From: a virus
Reading direction: 5' to 3' (one strand)
DNA length: 64,000 nt
IMG/VR virus record: IMGVR_UViG_3300030328_002692
Span: 27,134 to 91,133 of that record
A program made the position numbers and the translations under genes. Below are positions 19,946 through 29,985 of the stretch, piece after piece. Position 1 is the stretch's first letter; the number at the start of each line of letters is the position of its first letter. Below the pieces are notes generated by a model. The model saw nothing but the letters and a program-made list of their open reading frames with translations. It did no database searches and had not been told where the DNA came from.

Positions 19946-22603
19946 TTATATTGCGCTAGCATTACTTGATGTTTCTGATTGTATGCTAGTATCTATTTTA
20001 TTATATTGACTATACTGTACAAAGTCTATTGTGTACATATGATATGCCGATTGCTTTATTCTTAAAGTTACCCAACCATCACTTGAAATATACACTGCGG
20101 CATCTCCAGTCCAACTTCCTAAGTCATCAATAGTGTCATTATGTAATCCACCGCTCCAATTATGGAATTGGTGAATCTTATACATATTAGAACCACTTGC
20201 ATATCTATAGCCTTTTATAATGAATCCACCCATTATATATTCTGTATTACCGTGTGGAGAGCCTCCTCCCCACATATTTGTTTTGAGATGATACCAACTG
20301 CTTCCATTACCTGATATTTTTGGGCCCCACCAATTATGTATATATCGACCTTGATACCCTGAGGCAACAGGTCCTTGTACTTGCATAAATTCTCCAGACC
20401 TTAACCATGCATTACCACTGTCTGATGATTCTTTACCAACATAAAAGGTTTGGTAATGCGTACCAGCTGATCCACCGTCTGCTATCCAAAAAGTTTCATT
20501 GCCAGAATTATCTTTAGTCTGGAATGATAAGGTATCTCCACCGCCCAGTCCTTTAACTGTTAATGCGGCAGAGGGTGAGTTTTCTCTTATTCCTACTTTT
20601 CCTGCATCTAAAAATCTAGTCATCAATGCTGAATCTGTTTCATTATAAAAATAAAATCCAGTTGTATCATGTTCTAATGAGAAGCTCTTTCCGCCTGTTC
20701 TATGCCACCTGTATTTCTTATCAGCTCCTACATTATTAACACTAAGGGTTCCATTAAATGTGGCTGCACCTCCTTCTGACATATCAATTCTTAATGCTTC
20801 AACAGAAGAACCACCATCATCTCCTGCAAATACTATGTCTTTATCTTGTGTTGGATTGTTAAAGTAAAAATCTCCACCTGATACATAAGTTTTACCAAAA
20901 ATACTACCAGAACTATGAAAATGTATTTCTGCATTACCAGCATCAAGAATAATTGTACTAGAAGAATCCAAATTTAAGTAACCATTATCAGCTTTAATAA
21001 CAGCATTAGTACCGTCTGAATAAAGTGCTAAGTCACTACCGGCTCCAAATACTGCTCTATTAGTATCTCCAAACTTAGCCCAACTATTAAATATAGCTGT
21101 GCCTGAATCTGACATATCCAATGTAAGGGCTGTAATAGCACTACCACCATCATCGCCATGAAATGTAATATCTCCATCTTGAATAGAAGCCATAAGTTGA
21201 ATATTGTTGCCATTCTTTCTTATAGAGCCAAACTGTGTTCCACCGTCTTTAAATAAAACATCTTGTCCGTCTGCATCAAGAGTAATATCTCCAGTTGCAT
21301 CTAGCTCTATTGCTCCAACTGCTTCTAGTGTTAGTTTGTTTCTTTTGTTACCAAGAGCTACTTCGGAACCATTATGTTCTATATAGAACTGTTCTGAATC
21401 AGGATTAGTATTAGCATTATAGGTAGCAATTAATGAAGTACCATCTTCTGTTGCGGAAGTAACCTGAAATAAACGAGTTGGGGAAGCTCCTATACCAACT
21501 TTACTATTAAAAGTAGCTGCTCCAGCTGCTGACATATCAAACTCAACAGCAGTAATTGTTGAACCACCATCGTTTCCTCTAATTAATATATCTTTATCTT
21601 GTACAGTAGATTCAATAAATAAATGACTTGAAGAATTTTTAATTACTCCGATAGCTGTTCCACCATCGTTAAACCATATATCTCCACCATCTGCATCAAG
21701 GACAATATCTCCTGCTACATCTAAAGTAAGATCTCCTACAGTTTGATTAAGAGTCATTGCAGAACCTGTATGGTATAAAGATGCGTCCCCACCTGAACCA
21801 AACACTATTTGACCATTATCAACTAATCTTATGTCATGGTTAAAATAAGCTGTTCCTGCATCTGACATATCAAGGGTAAGAGCAGTGATTACTGAACCAC
21901 CATCGTTACCTTTAAATATTATATCTTTATCAGATAGTAGAGACCTAATGTTAAAGTTATCATCTCCAACCTGTATTTCCCCAACAGATGTTCCTGACCT
22001 TTTATAGATTACATCACTACCTGCAGCATCAAGAATAATATCTCCTGCTACATCAAGAGTTAAGTCACCTGTATTATTAGTAATTTGACCAGCTGAACCT
22101 GTATGTAAGACTCTTAAATCTAAATCTGCACCTATAAATATAGTTGCATTATCTGTTGCCATAGACAAATTGCCAGTTGCTGTAACAGTTCCAACATTAA
22201 CAGCGTTAGAACCAGAACCTATTGGTCCTGTATGTGTACCCGCAAGTATAGAACTTACTGGAATTTTCTTTAGCGCATTTGAATCACTAATATCTGCAAC
22301 CATAAGTAAGTCACCTGTAGCTGCCGTTACTTCTGTTAGTGATGTAATAACTGTTATGTCTAGGTGTTCTTCAGATATAGCATCATCAGCTATTTTAGCT
22401 GCTGTAACTGCGTCTGCTCCTAATTGGGAAGTTGTGACTTGACCGTCACCAATATGTTTAGTAAGAATACTATTTTGTGCTATCCTGTTGGATGTAACTG
22501 CATTATTTGCAATATCTGCAGTCGCAATTCCGCCATCACTTATATGTGCTGATGTTACTGCGTCATCTTTTACAAGACTGCTTGATACTTTAGTTAGTGC
22601 CAT
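19946..22603 (-). CDS. Long tail fibre / receptor-binding protein (no S74 domain)
   Basis: MALTKV start with 10-aa repeats, then repeated GDI.LDA.G.D..F.DGG...DKDI.F.G.DGGS.I.AL.LDMS modules and an aromatic-rich tip domain. Confidence 0.8.
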   Translation of the reverse strand: MALTKVSSSLVKDDAVTSAHISDGGIATADIANNAVTSNRIAQNSILTKHIGDGQVTTSQLGADAVTAAKIADDAISEEHLDITVITSLTEVTAATGDLLMVADISDSNALKKIPVSSILAGTHTGPIGSGSNAVNVGTVTATGNLSMATDNATIFIGADLDLRVLHTGSAGQITNNTGDLTLDVAGDIILDAAGSDVIYKRSGTSVGEIQVGDDNFNIRSLLSDKDIIFKGNDGGSVITALTLDMSDAGTAYFNHDIRLVDNGQIVFGSGGDASLYHTGSAMTLNQTVGDLTLDVAGDIVLDADGGDIWFNDGGTAIGVIKNSSSHLFIESTVQDKDILIRGNDGGSTITAVEFDMSAAGAATFNSKVGIGASPTRLFQVTSATEDGTSLIATYNANTNPDSEQFYIEHNGSEVALGNKRNKLTLEAVGAIELDATGDITLDADGQDVLFKDGGTQFGSIRKNGNNIQLMASIQDGDITFHGDDGGSAITALTLDMSDSGTAIFNSWAKFGDTNRAVFGAGSDLALYSDGTNAVIKADNGYLNLDSSSTIILDAGNAEIHFHSSGSIFGKTYVSGGDFYFNNPTQDKDIVFAGDDGGSSVEALRIDMSEGGAATFNGTLSVNNVGADKKYRWHRTGGKSFSLEHDTTGFYFYNETDSALMTRFLDAGKVGIRENSPSAALTVKGLGGGDTLSFQTKDNSGNETFWIADGGSAGTHYQTFYVGKESSDSGNAWLRSGEFMQVQGPVASGYQGRYIHNWWGPKISGNGSSWYHLKTNMWGGGSPHGNTEYIMGGFIIKGYRYASGSNMYKIHQFHNWSGGLHNDTIDDLGSWTGDAAVYISSDGWVTLRIKQSAYHMYTIDFVQYSQYNKIDTSIQSETSSNASAI

Positions 22604-22605
22604 AA

Positions 22606-25188
22606 TTAACTTACTATGGTTCTATCTGTACTTCTTCTCCAGTTAGTGCCATCGCTAAACGCTAATACTGCACCGCCTGTTTCATCTGTTACAAATATAA
22701 CTCCGCCTGCGACAGCAGTTGGCAATGAAGCAACTGCATAGCTTTTAACTTTTAATACATCAGGCATATCCAACCTAGCTGATGCTAATTTAGCTGAAGT
22801 AATACTTGCGTCTGTTGGAACATTTACACTTGTCTGTGTAAATATCATTACTTCTACTGTTGATGTTGAGGGTGGTGCTTCTGAGAAAGTTATTGTAGTA
22901 CCTGAAGTACTATAACTTCCTTTCTGCTGATATACACCATCTATAAATACTTGTGTATTATTTTCTGTAATTGGGGCTAATGATAAAGTAAATGCTACTC
23001 TACTTCCATTAACGTTGTTCGGGCTTGACGTTGAACTTGTATAAGTATCAATATTAGTATTTCCACCAGAAATTAATGCTTTAATATGATGAACTACAAT
23101 TGTTCTTCCGTTTGCTGGTGCTGTATCAAAGGTTAATCTTGCACTATTTAGTACATAGTCATTTTTATTTTGATATACACCTTCTATAAATACCATTAAA
23201 TTATCTTCGCTATTCGGTATTTGACTTAAATCTACATAGGCTTGAGACCCATCACCTGTGAAAGTTTGAGTGGTAAAGTTTGACTCTCCACCGCCAATTC
23301 CTCCCCAGCTACCAGAGTATCCCTCAAATAAATTATTATCAGTATTAAATCGAATCATTCCAACAGCCGCACTTCCAGGTCTTTGAGCGGTTGTCCCATC
23401 AGGCACTCTTATAGACCCAGTACCACTGAGTACTATATCGTCAGCAATTTGATCTCCTGTGATTTGATTATCGTCAATATGTCTAGTTAAAATTGAGTTT
23501 GATGCAATTTTTGTTCCATCTACGGCATTATCTGCAATGTTTGAAGTTGCAATAGTATTAGCCGCTATTTTTGCTGATGTAACTGAAGCGTTTACTATAG
23601 AAGCTGTGACTACTGAGCTAGCTGCTAGTTCGTCGGCTCCTACTGCGTCATCTGCTAAGTGTTCGTTTAATATGCTACCGTTTGGTATTTTTGCTGCTGT
23701 TACTGAGTTAGCTGCTATTAGTCCTGAAGTGATTGCTCCAGTTGCTATCATGCCTGTCTCTACTGCTTGTGAAGCTATAGTCATAGCACCTGTTGATGCT
23801 AGTGTTACATCTCCTGATATTACTTTGTTATCCCAACTGTTAGAGCCATCATAAATCATTAAGTGACCTGCAGCTGGAGAAGATACTACTGTGTCTGTCA
23901 AAGCTGCTAAAGTTGATACAACACCTGTTAAGTTTGAGCCATCTCCATAAAATGCTCCACCATGAATATCTGCATAAGAACTAACAGTTACATTGCCTGC
24001 TGTTGTTCCATCTTCTGTTGTATTGATTGCTGACCATCTGTCTGCACTTTCGTCCCATATCCAACCTACGTTGGCTGAGGTTCCTCTTTCGACTATTATA
24101 CCTGAGTCTTTACTAGGTGTTCCTGTTTCTCCAGAGGAGTATACTGCTAGCGGGTCTGCAACTTTTATATTTGTTGTATTTACAGTTGTAGTTGTTCCTG
24201 AAACAGTTAAGTTACCTTGAACTACTAAATTTCCTGAGATTGTTGGACTTGCATCTAAAGCGATACTTACTTGGTTGTTTGTAACTGTTGAAGTTAGGTT
24301 TGAGCCACCAGCTATTGTAAAAGTATCTGTACCTACAGTTAGTGTATCGTTAGAGCCTGAGTCTGCTCCTATAGTAAGAATACTACTTGTAGCTGCTGTT
24401 GAAGCTGCTGTAATTCTTCCATCTGCGTCTACTGTTAATACAGGTATTGCTGAACTTGACCCATATGAACCAGCTGTTACTGCAGTTGCGGTTAATTGAG
24501 TTGCTCCAATAGAGCCATCAGCTATTTTTGCTGAAGTTACAGAGTTATCTGCTAGTTTGGAAGTTACTACTGCTCCAGTTGCTATTTTATCTGCAGTTAC
24601 TGCATCATCAGCTACTGCTGAAGCTGTACCAGTTAAATTACCTGTAACATTACCTGTTAGTGTTGCTACTAGAGTTCCTGTAACTGTTGCTCCTGTGTTT
24701 GTTGTTTCAAACTTTTTAGAATCATTAAAGTAAAGACTTACTGCTCCATCATCAACGAAAGTAGCCATAGTTTCACCAGTTCCTAGTATATCTACTTGAC
24801 TTCCTTTTATTTTTAAGTTTCCTGTTCCTGAATCTTCTACATAAGAATCCGAACCGTCATGATATAGTAGTAAATCTTGAGAAGTACCTAACTTAATTTG
24901 TGCATTATCATTAAATAATACATGACTTGTTAGAGTTGCTATTTGGTCAGCTGTTACAGCGTCATCTTGTATTTGAAGACTTCTTACTGCATCAGTTTTT
25001 ATTTCTGAGGCATCTATTGCATTTGCTGCTACTAGTGCGCTTGTTACTGAATTTGCTGCTAATAAAGAAGTAGTTACAGCTCCTGTAGCTATTTCTCTTG
25101 CTGTGATGTTGTTTTCTGCGATTAAGTTTGATGTGATAGCATTTATCGCTGGAAAAGTATCTACTGGTTTCTTACCTATATATGCCAT
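22606..25188 (-). CDS. Fibre protein with two C-terminal adaptor-like domains (candidate branching hub)
   Basis: MAYIGKKP start, three blocks of 10-aa repeats, and two copies of a VFI[ED]GVYQ...Y...TF..AP domain. Confidence 0.72.
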   Translation of the reverse strand: MAYIGKKPVDTFPAINAITSNLIAENNITAREIATGAVTTSLLAANSVTSALVAANAIDASEIKTDAVRSLQIQDDAVTADQIATLTSHVLFNDNAQIKLGTSQDLLLYHDGSDSYVEDSGTGNLKIKGSQVDILGTGETMATFVDDGAVSLYFNDSKKFETTNTGATVTGTLVATLTGNVTGNLTGTASAVADDAVTADKIATGAVVTSKLADNSVTSAKIADGSIGATQLTATAVTAGSYGSSSAIPVLTVDADGRITAASTAATSSILTIGADSGSNDTLTVGTDTFTIAGGSNLTSTVTNNQVSIALDASPTISGNLVVQGNLTVSGTTTTVNTTNIKVADPLAVYSSGETGTPSKDSGIIVERGTSANVGWIWDESADRWSAINTTEDGTTAGNVTVSSYADIHGGAFYGDGSNLTGVVSTLAALTDTVVSSPAAGHLMIYDGSNSWDNKVISGDVTLASTGAMTIASQAVETGMIATGAITSGLIAANSVTAAKIPNGSILNEHLADDAVGADELAASSVVTASIVNASVTSAKIAANTIATSNIADNAVDGTKIASNSILTRHIDDNQITGDQIADDIVLSGTGSIRVPDGTTAQRPGSAAVGMIRFNTDNNLFEGYSGSWGGIGGGESNFTTQTFTGDGSQAYVDLSQIPNSEDNLMVFIEGVYQNKNDYVLNSARLTFDTAPANGRTIVVHHIKALISGGNTNIDTYTSSTSSPNNVNGSRVAFTLSLAPITENNTQVFIDGVYQQKGSYSTSGTTITFSEAPPSTSTVEVMIFTQTSVNVPTDASITSAKLASARLDMPDVLKVKSYAVASLPTAVAGGVIFVTDETGGAVLAFSDGTNWRRSTDRTIVS

Positions 25189-25523
25189 TATGTTTGCTCC
25201 ATTACTGATACGATAGTGTCTACCGATGCTGCTGTGTTTGAGACTACTTTTATTTTATCTCCTGTTTCTAATACGAGTTTTTGGTCTCCACCTACAGCCA
25301 CTAATGCGCCTCCAGTATATATCTGGGCGTCTTTTACTATGTTAAAATTATTATTTGCGGAAGAATCGTAGAATTTTATAGTTACAAGTATAGGACTAGT
25401 ACTTGACACATTTGCGCAAGTCAATCCGATTACTGTAGCCGTAACTCCACTTCCTGCTGTATAAGCGTCCGTTAAAGTTGTGCCTGTAGCTGCGATAGCA
25501 GCGTTTTTAAAAGTATTTGCCAT
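25188..25523 (-). CDS. Small virion/fibre-associated beta-sandwich protein
   Basis: MANTFKN...KLVLETGDKIKV. Translationally coupled inside the fibre operon. Confidence 0.6.
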   Translation of the reverse strand: MANTFKNAAIAATGTTLTDAYTAGSGVTATVIGLTCANVSSTSPILVTIKFYDSSANNNFNIVKDAQIYTGGALVAVGGDQKLVLETGDKIKVVSNTAASVDTIVSVMEQT

Positions 25524-25527
25524 TGTT

Positions 25528-25719
25528 TTATCCTAGTGCTATTGCGAGTGCTATTGCATCGTCTTCAGAAGCGTCTATTGGTTTTATAGTATTATCTGTT
25601 TGTCTAATATATAATTTTCCATCTACTGCGCTAATACATACTTCTCCTATTGCTATGTCATCTACACCTGGTGCAGTAGTATTAGTGACGTTTCTTTTTA
25701 ATTTAATTTGTTGTGTCAT
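25528..25719 (-). CDS. Small fibre adaptor with IKLKR N-terminal motif
   Basis: IKLKRN...P....GE.....DGKLYI resembles fibre attachment N-termini. C-terminal AIALAIALG. Confidence 0.6.
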   Translation of the reverse strand: MTQQIKLKRNVTNTTAPGVDDIAIGEVCISAVDGKLYIRQTDNTIKPIDASEDDAIALAIALG

Positions 25720-27035
25720 TAGCTATATGTTCCACCGTCTATGTTCTGCATTTGAAAACCAGACCCTGTTGAGACCATTATTTGACCTGTAGAACCATGA
25801 GAAGTCATACCTGTTCCACCATATTGTGTACCTACTGCAGTACCATTCCAAGTACCGCTTCCTATTGTTCCAACCACTGTCAGATTAGTTAAACTATCTA
25901 TTGCTGCTTCAAGTGTTGCTTCTGTTGTATTATCTATAACATCAATATTTTGTAGTGTTAAAGTACCTGAACTATCTGAGAAAGGAACTGAAGAACCAAC
26001 AGTTAAACCTGTATTTCCTGTTTCAAGATTTGCTTTTAATGTACCAATACTTCCACTAAACACATTTGAAGTATCAGTAGCGTCTGGAATAAATGCAAAT
26101 TTATTATCAGATTCATCAAATCCCATAAATGCAAATTTAGTTGCTCCACCTGCATTATATTTAAGTTTTAAACCTCTATCTAAATTATCATCACTAGAAT
26201 CATCTCCTAGTTCAAAAATTGGGTCTTTGATTGAAACTGTTGTTGAATTTACAGTAGTAGTTGTACCACTTACTGTTAAATTACCTGTAACTGTTAAGTT
26301 ATCACTAACTGTTACTTCTGATGTGGTATGACCAATTGTTACTGGTATGCCTGATGTTGCTGTAGCTACTTTAACACCATTTGTACTATCTGAAGTATCT
26401 ATTGTAACAGCACCACTTGCATCAACGTCCATAGTAGTAGCATTTAAATCTACTGCCCCGTCTACTGTTAGTGAGCCGTCAATATCAGTATTATCTAAGT
26501 TTGCAACTCCATCAACATCAATATTACCTGATACGTCTAGAGTTGCTGCATCTAGCTCACCTGTTAAAGTAATATTTCTAAAACCTGTTACGTCTTTGTT
26601 AGAATCTACAATTACAGCTTTACTTGCAACTACTGTGCCTACTGTAGAACCGTCTAGTAGATTTAATTCTGTTGCTGTAGAAGTTACTCCGTCTAATATA
26701 TTTAGTTCTGCTGCTGTTGATGTTACAAGTGTATCTGAGCCACTTGTTCCTATGTATAATGCTGCTGTTCTTAACTCTGAAGTCGACTTATTTGCGTCTA
26801 CAATTAATGCCGAACTTGCTGTAGTTGTACCATGAGCATGATCCATTAGATTGCTGAAGTAATTACCGCCTATTACTGTTACAGCGTTTGAGTTTGCAGG
26901 GTCACCAATAAATAGCCTTTGTCCCATGTTGGACTGTGTACCAGCCCCACCTGAAAACGCTAATTCTCCCGCATTTAAAGAACTGGGTGCGGTACTACCT
27001 GTCGTTCTTTTAATTTTAATTATGTTTGTTGCCAT
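25719..27035 (-). CDS. Proximal tail fibre protein
   Basis: IKIKRTTGSTAPSSLNAGELA N-terminus, TAAELNILDG repeats, GNLTVSGTTTTVNS shaft and IDGGTY end. Confidence 0.75.
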   Translation of the reverse strand: MATNIIKIKRTTGSTAPSSLNAGELAFSGGAGTQSNMGQRLFIGDPANSNAVTVIGGNYFSNLMDHAHGTTTASSALIVDANKSTSELRTAALYIGTSGSDTLVTSTAAELNILDGVTSTATELNLLDGSTVGTVVASKAVIVDSNKDVTGFRNITLTGELDAATLDVSGNIDVDGVANLDNTDIDGSLTVDGAVDLNATTMDVDASGAVTIDTSDSTNGVKVATATSGIPVTIGHTTSEVTVSDNLTVTGNLTVSGTTTTVNSTTVSIKDPIFELGDDSSDDNLDRGLKLKYNAGGATKFAFMGFDESDNKFAFIPDATDTSNVFSGSIGTLKANLETGNTGLTVGSSVPFSDSSGTLTLQNIDVIDNTTEATLEAAIDSLTNLTVVGTIGSGTWNGTAVGTQYGGTGMTSHGSTGQIMVSTGSGFQMQNIDGGTYS

Positions 27036-27044
27036 TTTATTTTC

Positions 27045-27446
27045 CTAGAATGAGCCACCGTCTAAGGTAAAGCTCGTAGGGGAAGATCCCCCTGCTGAGG
27101 CAATTGTATGCCATTCATATCCACCTGAAACTTGTCTATATACTAATAATTCTTCACTTGAAGTATTATACCATAAATCTCCTTCTGCTAAGTTACTGCC
27201 TGAAGGAGTTGCAGATTGTCTAAAAAATTGGTCTGCTAAGTCTGCTAGTGCGTCCTGCACATTACCACCAGGTAATGAGCCGTGTTGTGTGTAAGTTACA
27301 TCAGCTGCTAATCCTAAAGCTGTTATCAAGTCTGTACTTGTTGTAACTGTAATAGGATTATCACTCTGATTAAGAGTTACTTCCGTATTAGTCTCATTAA
27401 CTGTTACATAAGTTGGAGTTTCTGTTACAGTTACTTGAATCGACAT
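27045..27446 (-). CDS. Fibre-anchoring/virion protein
   Basis: GDLWYNT motif and LDGGSF end. Coupled to its neighbours. Confidence 0.55.
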   Translation of the reverse strand: MSIQVTVTETPTYVTVNETNTEVTLNQSDNPITVTTSTDLITALGLAADVTYTQHGSLPGGNVQDALADLADQFFRQSATPSGSNLAEGDLWYNTSSEELLVYRQVSGGYEWHTIASAGGSSPTSFTLDGGSF

Positions 27447-27781
27447 TATCTTGTTACTTGTGGTGTAAGTGTTACCTTACCCTGCAGTATTCTTGTTACT
27501 GCACCTGAAGATGCGGTGATTTCCACATCATATACATATATGCCTTCTTCTATTGCTCCTGTAGCCGATGCCGTCATAGACAAAGTTATCTGCCCTGCAC
27601 TCGCATTGGTTATGGACGCAGTAATTGTGCCCACCACGCTATTCGAATCGTGGCTTGATCGAAACTGCGAAGCAGCCGAGTACCCAGTTAAGTTCATAAC
27701 TGAATCGTTTTCCTTAAGGGTAAGCAACCTTGTAAAAGTCGCTCCTTGCTCTATCGTGAAATTATAGGTTCCTGCTGCCAT
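27446..27781 (-). CDS. Collar/upper-baseplate (Ig-like) fibre anchor, in the T5 p132 position
   Basis: YNFTIEQGATF...NLTGY...YVYDVEI...RILQG.V.LTP pattern. First gene of the fibre operon. Confidence 0.65.
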   Translation of the reverse strand: MAAGTYNFTIEQGATFTRLLTLKENDSVMNLTGYSAASQFRSSHDSNSVVGTITASITNASAGQITLSMTASATGAIEEGIYVYDVEITASSGAVTRILQGKVTLTPQVTR

Positions 27782-27805
27782 TTTATTATTTTCTCCATGT
27801 TTATA

Positions 27806-27834
27806 ATTATACCAAAATTTAAGGTATGTGTCAA
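27806..27834 (-). promoter_or_regulatory. Consensus sigma70 promoter driving the fibre operon
   Basis: Minus strand: TTGACA, 17-nt spacer (ending TGG), TATAAT, with AAAATA upstream. Confidence 0.88.
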
Positions 27835-27867
27835 GAAATATTTTCTAGATGGGGTATGCTAGAAGTA

Positions 27868-28053
27868 TTATTTTGGGTATTTATCCTTTACTGCCTTTCT
27901 ACCTAAATAAAAAGTACCTGTTTTAGCGTCTGCTCCGAATTTGCCCCCATCAATATCGTGATAAAGTTTGTCTAACTGTGTAGCTAGAGTTTCATAATAA
28001 GCTGCTCGCTTAGTAGTATTATTTGCACTTGGTTTTAATAAATTTATATTCAT
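27868..28053 (-). CDS. Small tail-tip-associated protein
   Basis: R...Y..L..QLD.LYHDI...VKDKYPK resembles fibre-assembly-type small proteins. Confidence 0.55.
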   Translation of the reverse strand: MNINLLKPSANNTTKRAAYYETLATQLDKLYHDIDGGKFGADAKTGTFYLGRKAVKDKYPK

Positions 28054-28472
28054 GTGTATCTCGATACTTGTATCTTTTGTGTAAAGTCATAGTATTTATC
28101 TTTTACAAATTTTATTATAAAAGAGCCTGCCATACTTCCTGTTAATGTTAAAGCCCCGTTAGAGTATGTTCCTGCGGAGACATCGTCTAAGAATATCTCC
28201 GTTCCTGCGGGACAACCTGTTATTGTTACTGTGCCATCTATGGCTATTGTTGTTGCTGAAAAATTCAAACTAAAACTATGATAGGCTACTAGGCCGTTTT
28301 CTGCATCGTTTACATACCACTGGTCGCATGGTGGTATTTGCTCTAAGCTTTGGGTCATATGTGAAATACCCGCTGCTGCCTGTGTACTTATTATAGTTGA
28401 GTCTACAGGTGCATCTGTAGCCCACTTAATGTTTTTGTTTGAATCATAAAAAATATTATATGTAGTGCTCAT
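28050..28472 (-). CDS. Tail-tip-associated hypothetical protein
   Basis: 140-aa ORF with ATGA overlaps on both sides. Confidence 0.6.
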   Translation of the reverse strand: MSTTYNIFYDSNKNIKWATDAPVDSTIISTQAAAGISHMTQSLEQIPPCDQWYVNDAENGLVAYHSFSLNFSATTIAIDGTVTITGCPAGTEIFLDDVSAGTYSNGALTLTGSMAGSFIIKFVKDKYYDFTQKIQVSRYT

Positions 28473-29050
28473 AAGCCTAATCCTCCTGTAAAATCCTTTG
28501 CTTTAAAAATAACATAAGCATAATATATTGTTTGTTTGTTTGTTCCAAATTCTTCAGCAGGTGCTACTCCTGCATCATCATCTCCTACTTCTATACTATG
28601 ACCAAATTCATGATTATAAATAATTAAATTACTAGTATTAGCAGTTGTTGATACTCCACCAAGATCACTCTCTTCCCAGTCACTTTGTTCCTCATCATCA
28701 GCAAAATAATAATTCCCCTCTTTGTAGCTATAATCTGAAGGAGTGTACATTCTTGTAGCTACTCCACTTGATAAATCACTTGCATAACACCATCTTACTG
28801 CGTATAGTGGAACATATCCTAGTCCATGAGAGATTGTTACTGATGTAGGATTATCAACACCACCCGAATTATTAGAAGCATATGGTGCTAAAGAACCTTC
28901 TCCTTTTGCATGTAGTACCATTCCTCTTACTGACCTTGAATCAAAAGCAAGAGGTGTTGTAAGTGATGTATTTGTAACATCTGTATCTTTTTGAGATACA
29001 AATAGTCCATAAGTACCGCCTCTGTTTCCTAATAATACTCTGTTTGCCAT
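28469..29050 (-). CDS. Tail-tip protein, MANR-paralog 3
   Basis: MANRVLLG...YGLFVSQ...FDS N-terminus shared with the two adjacent genes. Confidence 0.6.
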   Translation of the reverse strand: MANRVLLGNRGGTYGLFVSQKDTDVTNTSLTTPLAFDSRSVRGMVLHAKGEGSLAPYASNNSGGVDNPTSVTISHGLGYVPLYAVRWCYASDLSSGVATRMYTPSDYSYKEGNYYFADDEEQSDWEESDLGGVSTTANTSNLIIYNHEFGHSIEVGDDDAGVAPAEEFGTNKQTIYYAYVIFKAKDFTGGLGL

Positions 29051-29052
29051 GA

Positions 29053-29520
29053 TTAGTACAAAGCCGCGCTAGAAAACCCACCCATTACTGTGAGTGTGAA
29101 TGTTGCCGCAGTATTTCCTCCATTACTTATAGTTCCTGAACTTGCTCCTGTTAAACCACCATTTATAAACCTACTAACAGTAGTTGTACTACCACCATCT
29201 GATAAGTTAGCATAGCTAGTAGAGGGGTTTGTAAAGAAAAAATTATTGGCACCTAAATTTGCAAAATTGATTGTAGAACTAGAACTTGCATTGACAGTAA
29301 ACGAAGCTGTTGCAGCTGTGCCTGAAAATGGGACTATTTTATATTGCCCTATATCAATGGCTCCTGAAACGGAGCCTACATTATCTGTATTAAAAATTAA
29401 TTGGTCTTTCGTACAATTAGTAATATCATCGCCTGTTCTAGATATGTATAAACCGTATTTTCCTCCAGAGTGTCCTAAATTTGAATTTGTGCTTTTTCCT
29501 ACTATGATTCTATTTGCCAT
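29053..29520 (-). CDS. Tail-tip protein, MANR-paralog 2
   Basis: MANRIIVG...YGLYISR.GD...LIFNT N-terminus. Confidence 0.6.
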   Translation of the reverse strand: MANRIIVGKSTNSNLGHSGGKYGLYISRTGDDITNCTKDQLIFNTDNVGSVSGAIDIGQYKIVPFSGTAATASFTVNASSSSTINFANLGANNFFFTNPSTSYANLSDGGSTTTVSRFINGGLTGASSGTISNGGNTAATFTLTVMGGFSSAALY

Positions 29521-29521
29521 A

Positions 29522-29983
29522 TTAACTCCAGAGACTCGCGTCAGTCATTTTTCCATATTGTAGAGGTATTTTTATAACTTGAAATCTAAAATTTGTTGCT
29601 GTTCTACTATTACCTGCCATACCATTGGCGTGTGCAGACTGCCTAAATTTTATAGGATTGACATTAGTAGTAGTTGCTTCATGCATTCCTGCCCTGTCTT
29701 GATATTCCTCTATCATATTAGCAGCATTATAAGTTTCAATTGTTCCTTGTTTATCGTCCATTGAAATTATTAAAGGAATATACCCTAATGTTCCTTTTGT
29801 TGCTGACCAATTGACTCCTGTAGTGTTACCCGATATATTCCCTCCAGCATAAACCATTCCACTTCTTGCTGAAGTAGAATCAAAAATTAAAGGCTCACTT
29901 GGACTAAGTACATTATCTCCTGGTTGAGATACTTTCAATACATAAGTACTTCCATCATTTCCTAGTAATATTCTATTTGCCAT
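29522..29983 (-). CDS. Tail-tip protein, MANR-paralog 1
   Basis: MANRILLG...YVLKVSQPGD...LIFDS N-terminus. Directly follows the hub gene. Confidence 0.6.
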   Translation of the reverse strand: MANRILLGNDGSTYVLKVSQPGDNVLSPSEPLIFDSTSARSGMVYAGGNISGNTTGVNWSATKGTLGYIPLIISMDDKQGTIETYNAANMIEEYQDRAGMHEATTTNVNPIKFRQSAHANGMAGNSRTATNFRFQVIKIPLQYGKMTDASLWS

Positions 29984-29985
29984 AA

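Noticed and set aside
10780-25188. Possible diversity-generating retroelement or invertible shufflon acting on fibre tips
   Set aside because: There is no reverse transcriptase or invertase in the window, I saw no TR/VR pair with adenine-specific mismatches, and all fibre genes are co-oriented with their own starts.
13859-27767. Many + strand ORFs of 60-160 aa opposite the fibre genes (e.g. 13859..14203, 17445..17843, 23537..23854, 26347..26835)
   Set aside because: These are antisense shadows of Ala/Thr/Ser/Val-rich genes. They have no SD or promoter and lie opposite well-supported CDSs.
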